Shown here: one piece after another, positions 41,416 through 52,101 of the stretch
Numbering within the stretch: position 1 is the first letter of the stretch
Layout: each line of letters begins with the position of its first letter
Assembly: GCA_964035545.1 (NCBI GenBank)
Contig: OZ037766.1
Location: 7,554,722 to 7,618,721, forward strand
Length of the DNA stretch: 64,000 nucleotides
From: Bugula neritina
Lineage: Eukaryota; Animalia; Bryozoa
Direction of reading: 5' to 3'
Made by a program: the position numbers and the translations under genes
The notes under the pieces: generated by a model
Seen by the model: the letters and a program-made list of their open reading frames with translations, nothing else
What the model was told of the DNA's origin: nothing
Databases searched by the model: none

Positions 41416-44400
41416 ATGGAGAATGAAGAACCACCAAAAAAGCGTAAGAAGTCTGAAAAAAAGAAAAAATCCAAATCAACTAAGGTTTGATATTTCATTT
41501 TAGTAATTTACTTTATTTTTAGTTATTAACTTTAGGTATTGCAGCGTGTTTTACTATTGTTTTTGAGCAATATTATTTTGTGTTTTTGTGTAGTTTAATT
41601 TAGTGTTTTTAATATATTTCATTGAATTGTTTTTAATTGGCTTGATGTGTAGGTTTCGCCCGAGAATTCTCCTCAACATTCTGCATTAATCACCCACCAC
41701 GCTCACCCAGACGGTGCTGCTGATGTTTTGTGCCATCCAAGTGCAGACATCAACCCACTATTACCGCCTATTGTTAATGATAGTGGGGATAGTGAGCTTG
41801 AGCTCTCTACTTTAATGGCAGAGTCAGCAGACGGATCAGTAGAGGAGTGTGTTCTACCCACAGTGCCTAGTTTGGCCGATATGCTCTCACAGTCAGATAT
41901 CTGTAGCAGTATTGCCAGCGCAGGCTCTTCGTTGGAAGATGGAGACACTAATTCCCAAGACCATTTGTCTAGTTGCAGTGATCAACCAAGTTCCACACAG
42001 GTGTTATACTCAGGCTTTCTTTCAGTGTTTCTATACAAAATATCTGTAGGTGAGCTCAGAATTGTTGTTTGCTCCTTTGTAAGAAGAAATGATCTCTTCT
42101 CTGTACACCCTCTCAAATGCAACACCACAGTTATGATTGCAGTTGCACTGTTTGCATTGAAATATCTTATCATGTTCAACTTGCCTTGAACATGTTATGA
42201 GAAGTTTAATTTTAATAGTACCAAAAAATTAGAGCTAGTGTCAGTAGAGGTGCACATAACAGAAAAAACATTGCAACACACACTGAGTTGCTTTCCGCCA
42301 TTGCAATCATTGTTATTAGTAACATTTTTGGGTATGGCTAGGTAAAAGATGTTCAATGCTTGTTACAAACCCTTTTTTTATTAGTTTAATGTACTCATGG
42401 TTTTCAATATTTCACCAATTTCACTTGAACTTTTCATACTAACAACATTTTTCTCAACTGGCACCATTGTGATGTATTCATTTATCAAGTTCATAGAAAA
42501 AGCAAAAAAACTTTAGTGAAAGCTGTTTGCTGTAAAGTAGTAATTACCATTACCTACTGGAATCTTAAAAGCTATCACTCCAGGCTGGCTGGTATTTGGT
42601 CAAATATTTTATTTTCTTTAGTAGTTGCTAGAAATTCCCCAGCTTGTATTTATATATTCCCGCACTCAACTATTCAACCAATGCTCTGTAGATCACTGTA
42701 AAAGCTGAACCCTGTGATACAATATTCGATCTGCTAAGTAAACCAAACCCCTGTGAAACTTCTGTGGGAGAAGCCAGCTCTTGCACTAACAGTTCTTTAC
42801 CAGTCACGGAGCTCAACAACCGTGCGGGAGAGTTGGGAAGCGACGAGGCTGTAAAAGCGGAATCAATCAACCAATCATATTCAAGCGAGCAAGCTGAATT
42901 GGATGCCCATGCTCACGAGTTACTGGACTCTATGTCAGCGACCAGTATCACTGCTAGTACCAATTCAGATGAATGTTATACTTCTAAAGATAACCAAGAA
43001 AAAGATGCCACTGTGAACAGTGAAGGCTACATCACCATGCACCGCTATGTTGTGAAAGGTAGTCCTAGTTTTTTATGTTAACTTGTGAGTTCTTGTGGCC
43101 ATGGCCTGATTCTGAAACTGATTATTGCTGTGTGTAGATGTAGTGCCGAAAGGTCAACTAGAGGCCTTGCCAGAAGGTTGGAAGGAGTTGGCCCATGAAA
43201 CTGGTATGTCCATCTACATTCACCTGAAGACGAGAGTGGTCACATGGTCCAGACCCTACTATCTAGATAATAGATATGCTAAGGTAGGTTTTTATAACCT
43301 GTAGACATAATATAATGCTATCTTGCTGATTATAACTATACATATTTAAATTGTCTTGTGGTTTTTAAGCCTATGATTAGTACATTGTTGCTGTAGACTC
43401 ATCCTGTGCCAGTCGGCGCCATTCCTTGCATGGTCTACCGAAGGTGCAAAGATCTGATGGAAGGAAAACCTGTAGACGAAAACACAGAACCCAAGATCCA
43501 AGCCACGGCAGAAGTGACGTCATGTATGTAGCTACTCGTTATTCCACGTAGTTTAACAAATAAAATGTTATAGCATGTCACAGATCTCATGTCTGTTGAC
43601 ATGCTTATGATATAAATACATTTGTGATACTGGCTGTTAGTTGTGTGTGGAATTATTTGCTCAGCAGCTAAGGTGCTGTGTATTAGCACAGTATCAGTAA
43701 TAACTAATATGAAAATGCTTAGTATTTGCCTTGGCATTGTGCATTATTTTTGACATGTATGATCATTTTAGGCTCTATTTATTTGTTGCAACTTGAGCGG
43801 TGAATGAAATTGGTTGATATGTTTTGTGATGTTTTGATGTAGTAAACAATTTTGTGAAACTGAATATAAACATCCTACAACTATAATGTATTTTAATCTG
43901 AAAACAGCTGGTATGGATTCATCAAACAAGAGAGAATTGGAAGAAGGCACACTAGAAGCTCCCTGTGTTAAAGTAGACAATAAATCTGGCCCAGAAGCTA
44001 ATAAACTGCCTACTAATCAAAATGGTGATGAAAAAAAAGAAGACAACAAGATCACGGATGTCTCCTTACGGGATGTACCGGCTGCAGAGAAGTTTCCAGA
44101 TCTCGGTTAGCAGAGTTCTAATTGCTAGACTATGACTGCTCCCTTAAAGTCTTAGTTAGGGTTACATTTTAAACACTGCTACAAAGTCAGTTAGTTTTTT
44201 TTTCTTACAGCAGCAGTCATGGTGTTCCCTACCTCAGTCTTCCTCCAGTGTTGTTAACTCCATTTCCTATTGAATAGAAATAAATTATATAGCGCTCTTG
44301 CTTCATATAAGTGTTTCATAGAAGATTATGTGTGTTGTTGATTTGAATACTTTGAGATGCTTAGCACATTTCTCTTGAGAATAAACTAATAATTCTATTT

Positions 44401-47400
44401 TTTGCAGATAAAGAAGCCATGATGGATTATTGTAAAAGCATATTTACATTTGAAAAAAAAGAGTTCAAAAAATTTGAAAACTGGAAAGTCAGAAAAGATT
44501 ATGAGAAAAACAGCAAATTTCAAAAGAAACTGGTTAGTAGATGTGGACATTAAATGTTTTGAATTGAAAACTGTAACCCCCTAGACACACCTTGCCGTAA
44601 CGTCAACAGTGCCATCAAATGTCGGCCATTTTTAAAAATTTCCAAGCTGACTGATTCAAAAAATTGCGTCGGACTCCTATTGGACAGGAAGACATTTGCA
44701 TCAACTTAATGGATATAAATGTCCTATGAGGTGTCATAGATTGTACCCGATAACAGACTTTGAGCACTTCAGCCCGGGCACATTAAAAATGGCTGAATTT
44801 TACATTACGGCAAAGTGTGTCTAGTAGGTAATTACAGCCAGTTGTTGCATTAAAGTCATGACTGTCAATAGAAAATATTAGTGCTGAGTTACAGGCATGC
44901 ATATTTATGCTGCATAATACTTGTCTATGTATGAGCATAACTGTAGCCAGCTGTAGTTATTGGGGCCTAGTTTGTCAACGCATCATATTCTGTAGGTTGT
45001 TGTTCATTATGGCAGTAGTGTTTTTCTCAGGTCTACATGAATGTATAGTTGAGAGTACTTCAATTGTGCAGTGGGCCTACATATATAGCAGAGCCAATGA
45101 GACAGTTGGTATCACTTCTCAGGCAACTATGCTCTGCAATGCAATCGTCCATTTTCGGCTAATTTGCATGATACTATATTTTACAACATAAATTTTCAGG
45201 CTGATACTAAAGACGCCTCGTTGACCCCTGTGGTGATTTCTGCGTCAGAGTTGCCTGAACCATATCAACGAGATGACAAAGGAAAGCTAAAACGTATGAC
45301 AAATTGTTATTGGTCCTTTAATGTTTATTATTATATAATGTTTGATTGTCATGTGTAGTGGGTATAATATAGCCAATGGAAGAAGCATATACAACCTGAT
45401 AATAAACTGGTAGATTTTTTACCACTAGGTGATTTCTATTCTCTCCCTGGTGCCAACTCCGTTATGGACATATACATGAGCTACGCTACCTGGCTGCTCC
45501 GGAAATGCCCAATAGTTGAACACAGTCCTACCACTAGTGGCTTTGAGTGTAAACTCAAGTCTAGAGACACGAATATTATTCATGGCATAGGCTCCGGTCA
45601 CACAAAGAAGAGTGCTAAAGAAAATGCTGGTATGTTAAGATTGCACATTTTTCAATTTGTTTTTTGTGTGACCATTTTGTGCTCTACTTGCTTTTGATAT
45701 ATAGATGTGAAGTTTGTCTAACAATTTTATAATTTTAATTTCAAAGCTTTTTGCTATTTTAAATGACTCGATATATAATTGTTGTGTTATTGTAATGTTG
45801 CGTTGTCATTATAGAATTTTGCACCTACCTAAAATATGTTTGATTACTTTTACTTTGTCAATCTGAAAATGTCATGAGGTTGAGAATGGTTTATAACATG
45901 CGTTTAACTTTTCAAATGACAAATTGTTGAGCTTTAGTCAATGACCAGAATATGATATGTGACTGTTTATATGCTGTAGCAATCAACGCTCTAGAATCTC
46001 TAGTTCCAAAGTATGCCAAAAAGCTGATACAGAATACCGTCTCTCAAAACATGGAAAATATTAACAAGCAAATGGCTACAACTGCCTTGTCCGAATATTA
46101 TCAGGTAAATATTGTTTGTATTGCAGTTATGGGCGAGTTCATTGTAAATCTAATAGCAGTGAATAACTTCTTTACAATTTGCAAAAAGTCGCCCGAAAGG
46201 TGGAATTGAACCACTATGTCGCTAGACATCTACAGGTTTGAAGCCTGCACCCCAGACCACTGAGGTTCATCCGGGCAATGAAGGCACCTTCCCATGCATA
46301 TATATACTGTAGTGTGGTAATTATAGTGCAATGAGTGTGTAAAATCAAAACCATGTATTTTTCTGGTGTGCTGCTTATTTTAATCTGATAAAAGTGTTGT
46401 TCATTGCATTTCTATTTGTTTTAGTGTTCATAAATATTATATTGTCATGTGTAGTACATGATTAGTGAGTTAAATGCCATTTATCATGTGTATGGGGAGA
46501 TAACTTCTATATTTTGTAGCTTTTTGATGCAATGTCAATAACAGATCAAAGAGTCGTGGAAACAGCTAAAAGTACAAACCAAATATATCCACTGCCAATA
46601 CTAAAGGCGTGCATTGCTCGCAATTTTGCGATGGATGAAAGCTGTATAAAAGCTGAGACTACCATGAACCGGAAGGGGCGTATCTTGTCCCACGTGTGTG
46701 ATATGAATGTCGGCCAGTTCTCAGCAAAAGTATGTACCATTTAAAACAAGGAAATGTTGGAATGTTCACACTTTATTTTCTTTAATTATATATTCTCATT
46801 TTACTGTATATCTTTGCATCGAACTAGACCAGAAAATCTTTGACCTTTGAACTTACCATTTAGAGGACCAGATTTGCCATCTTTTCAACTCATATGGTTT
46901 CTGTGTAGGTTATGTTGTTTTTATTGTGTATATATCAGAGCAGGCTTCATGTTTCAGCAAAACATTATGTAGCGCAAGCGAGTGGTGTTTAGTAGCCAAC
47001 AGATCTTTGCTTTTTCTTGGTTATAATGTCTTAGTGTGACGTAGGGATACTGTGCAGCGGGATGTGAAAGTTCAGTAACTGGTTGTACCAGTATAGCTCC
47101 TTTGACATGTACAAACTTATATGGTAAACCTCTCCCACTTCTTATATAATATGTAACGAAGGGTAGTTTTTGTAGTACAAAGTATGCGTTTTACCTTTTC
47201 TAAGGCAGTGCTTTGTTCTCAGGGGGTGCCAGGCAAAAACAGTAGATTGGCTATTCAATACGCTGCTCAAGAAATTTTACAGGTATGTTTCTATTTTGGT
47301 GGAATTGCCTCATCATTATCTTGATGCACTGATTGTTCAAAGTACACAGTTATAACATACTTGTACTAGCTGCTGAAATATGTGTAGTATTTTATGTAAA

Positions 47401-50400
47401 AATTGTATTGGGAAAAATATTTTGTGTTTTAAATTTATAAAACATTTAAAAAGTGGGCTGTTGGTTTACAAATATCTCTCAGGTGTTCTCACTAATAATG
47501 GTTCTATAAGCAGCTCCTAGGTGGGGGTTACTGAGTGCAGTAGTTTGCTGCTCTTGAGATTAGAGTTCGAACTTGGAACTCCAAACTCAAGAACTGCAAA
47601 CTACTGCACTCAGTCACCCCCAACTCGGCGCTGCTTATAGAACCATTCTCTCACTAATTGTGATGAACCTTTAGTCACAATCTCTAAACCTTAAAGTGTA
47701 GCCCCTCGTTGGCCCTCTGAAGTTTTTAAAGAGGAACAATTTCTAATTATCAATCAAAGTAAAGAAAACTTTTCTTATGTTGTGAAACATTTTTTTATCA
47801 TTTATGTTGTACTTTTAGCAACTGCACTCACATTTGAAGAGTTGGGGGTCTATATTACGTCTCTATGGCACTTTCGCTGAAGGTTCTGCTGCGGCTATTA
47901 AACAAGACTCGGTAAATATCATATTATTACAATTACTTTTATAAAGTTGATAGTAATCTAAAGTATCAAATTTGTTTATGTTCTGCATTTTCATGACTAT
48001 ACAAATACTGTAGATATTCTATTAGAAAATATAAATGAAAGAAAAAAAGTATTACTTGCATGTCAAAATGATCACTAGTGGAAGGTCTATTTTTGTTACC
48101 TGCAGTTAAACATGTGTTCAAATATGAAGATCTTTTTTGGTCAAAGAATCAATGCTGAGTGTTTAAAATCTTAGACATAAGTCTTCTGTGAATTGTAAAA
48201 TTAAAACCGAATATTTGCCAATATTACTTTCAAGACTTACGCTTTTTGTGCAAGACACTGTATATGTATATATATACTATTGATCTACTTATAATTTGTA
48301 TTCAAGCAGGTATATGTATATATGTTAAGTTATTTATAATATATATAGAAACTTTGTCATGAAGTATGTAGCGTCCTCAGTCCTTAAGTGACTGTGCGCA
48401 CAAATGATTTGCCGTTTCAGTTTAAACCCAGAGGGTAGAAAATATTTTAGGATTTCCATTAGTTCTTTCAATATAATATTGCGGTTGTTGCTGTATATAA
48501 GTAGCGCAGCATTTGCTTATCAAAGTTGGCCCTGTGGAGTTACTAGGACAGCTAGAATTGTTTACAATGGTGAGTCTGAGTGTATTAGAGTGTGTACAGT
48601 AGTAACTAACCCTTTAGCACAGCTTCCATTCTAGCTAACCACCATCACTGTCTAGTCTATTAGTAAAATAGCTTTACTAACATTCACCTACCCTCTTCTT
48701 CTTTATGATTCTACTATAGTTTGTAGCTGCTTGGCTAACCACCCCATTCTTGGAATTGTATGTGAGTGGGTAATGTAGCTTTACAGTCACCCGAATTCTA
48801 TGAACTTGTAATAGATATTTTCTTTGGTGTTGGTTTCTTTTCATTCCCCTGGAAATTTTTTTTATGAATATTGATTTATTGATTGATTGACGTAATCTTT
48901 TTCACAGCATAGGCATAATTTCTAATAATTCCGAAGAAATTATCTTTGCTTCTTGTAAATTTCAAAATTTCACTAAATGCTCAATAGAAGCTACTTTTAC
49001 TGTGAATCACACATTAGTAATATATTTTGCAGCAGGAAAAGATCTTTCCAGCTCAAGGTCATCAGAATACTGATGCTTCTACACAAAGGCAGCAATCACC
49101 AGAGAATGCTGCTGCCGTGTCAAATGGACAAGCTGCAGGGCACAATCTCTGCAAGAAAAAGCAACTGGAGTTGGACAATTCTGAGAATCTCTCTGGCAGC
49201 ATGGATGGGGATTCAGCGGTAGCAACGACTCTGTCAGCATTCACTCAAACGGCTCAGCAGGAGATTGCGGGGGTGTCTAAAAGCACCCAGTCTGATGTTG
49301 GTGGAATGAATTCTTTCTACTCTAATAAATGTCTTAAACCATGCGTCGTTCTGGAAGAAGGAATTACAGCTCATGAAAACTATCTAAATAATCAAGGCTC
49401 CTACATTTTACTTGCCTGCACCAGTACACAAACGATTAATTTTGGTCATAGTACTTTTCACAAGGCAACTCAGATGCCTGAAATGTCCTACAACCCCTAC
49501 ACCAACAAAAATATTGTCACCAAGAAGCCAGACTTTTCTGGGGAAGCTGAGAAAGTAGCCACACCCCAAGTGGCTGGTCGTGTAACCAGTCCACAAGCTG
49601 ACCCCGCAGTCATCAGCAAGTTACATAAGGCCACCCAACACCCGGACAAGGAGTACGCTGACCCTGGTCATCCACCTCCTCCGGCGCCTCCCTTTCTCTG
49701 GTCAGATCAGCAAGCTATTTCTCTTCAGCAGTCGCAGTTGATGCAGCAGCAGTTACTTCTTCAGCAACAACCACAAACTCAGCAGCCCCTTCCTTCATAC
49801 CCGTACTACTATGTAGACCCCAATACCGGTCTTCCATTTTACAATCCTTTGCAGCAATATGCAGCTAATGCTACATCCGCTGATCCAACCCATCAGAATC
49901 CCCTACTCTCCCCACAACCACCGCAGCAGTGGTATTAACTACTTCACCAGTTTCATGGTTTCACGCTGCTTGGGTTTTGTGTTTCAATTTGACTTTGCTT
50001 GTGTTTTTCTTGATAAAATTTAATCGTTCACTAAAAATATTCATTTAAGTCATCAATCATTTGTTAATAATATTAATTGTATTACTTGTTGATAAATTTT
50101 ATTACCTGTTTTTTAATATTTACCTCAAATTTCTGTATATTTTTTGGTTGTTGAATAATGTATATGTTGATCATTTTTGTTGCACTGAATTAAAATTTCT
50201 CTCCTTCAAATTCTGTGTTCTTTATATCATTTGGTTCTTTAAATAATTTCTTATACTTTTACAAATATGCATGGCAGTTGGTAGTTAGGCATCGCAACAT
50301 TCTATATTTGGTAAGTTCGGTCAAGTAGTGTGTTTTCTCCACGCTCTTAGCATAAGTTCCAGAAGTATTATTCCGTGCTGGAAGCTGAAGAGGATAAGTA

Positions 50401-51400
50401 AGGTCCCTGCATTAGTTGAGAACCCCTGGTTATCAGCCACATCTTCTCCCAGTCTACCAGTTTATGTTATTTGTATTAGATGGTATGTATGACTAATTGT
50501 TTAACAGAAAACTCAGAGTGAAATAACGCAGATTGGGAGCTCAGAAAAAGGCAACAAGTCAACAGAGAGTGGTATCTGTGGTGTAGAGCTGAAAGAAGAT
50601 GTCTGTACATCAGTTCTCCTTAAGCTGAAAGAGCAAATGAAGAAGGTGTACAAAGAAAGACAGGTTTGCCTAAAAATGAATTCTAGTTTTAAAATTTAAT
50701 GCTTTTTTTATACAGTAGCTTTGATTTTAGTAAAAGTTTGAAGCTGGAGTGTTTTTCCTAACAACTAAAATATCATCCTGACTCTTCTACTGTCAAAACA
50801 AAGACCATGGGTAGCCCAACTTTTCAATAATTTTGGCTATCTAATTATCAAATATGTATCGATTGGCTTGGTATATGCAAGGTCAGTGGTTTAAATCTCA
50901 TTGGTGATGTTAGGAAGGGCATTCAATTATAATTGCTCCTGTGCCACAATAGTGAACAAGTCGTTAGCCCCCTTAAAAACTCCTTCCATCAGGGATTCTC
51001 ACAGGAGTGTTGCCTATAAACCCACTAAGTTTTTATCAATAAGTGAGCACATTTTCTTGTAGTTACAAGTAATTCTTTCTAAGAAAAGTTTATGTTTCTC
51101 CACTCCCTTTAGCCATCTTTTATCTTTAGTGCCAATCTGTGCAGTACCTTTTAATCACCTGCTTTTAGCCTGACTTCAGCCAGAAGATTTGGAAGTCCAT
51201 TATCATGTACATGCATGTTGGTGTTGTAAGATAATTATCTCCACCACTCTGTTGTTTAGAAGCACCTGCAGTCTGGCAAGAAGAGGAAGTATGAAATGTC
51301 GTGTACTAGTGAGATGCATCTTCCCTTACACACTGTAAACATGAAGCCTGAGGAGTCCGAAGACGCTGTTCGAACCAAATCCAATCAAACTGTTTCGTAA
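41416..51400 (+). CDS. DGCR8: Microprocessor subunit DGCR8/Pasha
   Basis: N-terminal NLS-like PPKKRKK; WW/Rhed region EALPEGWKELAHETGMSIYIHLKTRVVTWSRPYYL...AIPCMVY with the heme-ligand-type Cys; dsRBD1 (HGIGSGHTKKSAKENA); dsRBD2 (PLPILKACIARNF...AAQEILQ|QLHSHLKSWGSILRLYG); C-terminal tail VLLKLKEQMKKV (exon 50508-50663); last exon 51260-51400; AATAAA at 51526. Confidence 0.95.
44577..44829. mobile_element. MITE in a DGCR8 intron
   Basis: CTAGACACACCTTGCCGTAA ... TTACGGCAAAGTGTGTCTAG terminal inverted repeat, plus inner GCCATTTTTAA/TTAAAAATGGC. Confidence 0.8.
46190..46276 (-). tRNA. tRNA-SeC(TCA): tRNA-Sec (selenocysteine, anticodon TCA)
   Basis: Reverse complement reads GCCCGGATGAACCTCAGTGGTCTGGGGTGCAGGCTTCAAACCTGTAGATGTCTAGCGACATAGTGGTTCAATTCCACCTTTCGGGCG (87 nt), near-identical to the remembered vertebrate tRNA-Sec. 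Long variable arm, TTTTT terminator 2 nt downstream. Confidence 0.97.
46296..46345 (-). promoter_or_regulatory. Upstream Pol III promoter of tRNA-Sec (TATA box, possible PSE)
   Basis: TATATATA at about -30 to -23 (46306-46299), as expected for tRNA-Sec genes. A PSE candidate (TGCACTATAATTACC) at about -55 to -40 is an inference. Confidence 0.6.
47497..47647. mobile_element. Fold-back hairpin MITE with 9-10-bp target duplication (Mutator-like)
   Basis: ~72-bp arms with ~8 mismatches and a ~7-nt loop, flanked by direct repeat TCTCACTAAT (47487-47496 and 47649-47658). Confidence 0.85.
49033..49938 (+). CDS. Putative alternative terminal exon of DGCR8 (Q/P/Y-rich tail)
   Basis: ~300-codon open frame with a TTTTGCAG|CAG acceptor in phase 0, matching the donor at 47911. 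Ends in TAA and is followed by U-rich 3'UTR-like sequence. Confidence 0.7.
   Translation, partial: QEKIFPAQGHQNTDASTQRQQSPENAAAVSNGQAAGHNLCKKKQLELDNSENLSGSMDGDSAVATTLSAFTQTAQQEIAGVSKSTQSDVGGMNSFYSNKCLKPCVVLEEGITAHENYLNNQGSYILLACTSTQTINFGHSTFHKATQMPEMSYNPYTNKNIVTKKPDFSGEAEKVATPQVAGRVTSPQADPAVISKLHKATQHPDKEYADPGHPPPPAPPFLWSDQQAISLQQSQLMQQQLLLQQQPQTQQPLPSYPYYYVDPNTGLPFYNPLQQYAANATSADPTHQNPLLSPQPPQQWY
50860..51035 (+). mobile_element. Probable tRNA-derived SINE fragment
   Basis: Degenerate B-box (GGTTTAAATCTC) followed by GGTGATGTTAGGAAGGGCATTC, similar to a core motif common in invertebrate SINEs. Confidence 0.45.
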
Positions 51401-51887
51401 CAGCCTGTATTCAACACCCTAGTAATGGCTGATGATACATTATTTTTAGCTTCGACCTAACTGAGTGTGCATCATTGTACATGTTTGTACTGTTATACAA
51501 TTATTATATTACTGGAAATATTAGCAATAAACCTAAAGTGTTATTTATGTAATAGATATGTAACTGTTTTATATATTACTTTTAAATGAATCATCAGTCA
51601 ACTGTATCTTGTATAGACAATTCAAACTTTGTGATAACTCATGATTTATAATTTTTACATTTATATGTGTATCTATTGCTGTTTTATTTGAACAGAAATT
51701 TCTAGTCAAACTTGCTTTTGGACATTGAGAATTGCTATACTGCATTTGCAACAAAACACTTATGATATCATGAATAGAAACTTTGCACTGCTTTGCATTA
51801 AATAAAATATTGTAAAAGTATGGCAGATATATTAGTTTAGTGATATAGTAATTTAAGTTAGTTGTATAAAGTTGATTCTGGTGTCAT

Positions 51888-52077
51888 GCTAGATTATAGG
51901 TAAAAAATGGCACAGGTAATAATGGCACAAATGGAAAAGTAGGTAAAAATGGCACATCTTATGTTAGATTTCCCCAAATTCAAACCCCTAAACCCCCATC
52001 CTAACCCCCCCCACCCCAATATTGTAAATGTGCCACTTTTACCTTTTTTCCATTTGTGCCATTTTTACCGGACACCT
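51888..52077. mobile_element. Second, shorter copy of the 6066-6338 inverted-repeat element, in the RTK 3'UTR
   Basis: Same GGTAAAAATGGCAC arms and a C-rich (AAACCCC/CCTAACC) core, opposite orientation. Confidence 0.75.
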
Positions 52078-52101
52078 GCCTGCTAGTATCTGCTATTAGT
52101 G

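Noticed and set aside
45359-45409. Possible extra DGCR8 mini-exon
   Set aside because: The flanking exons (ending ~45292 and starting ~45430) already join in frame, and the implied downstream intron would be only ~20 nt.
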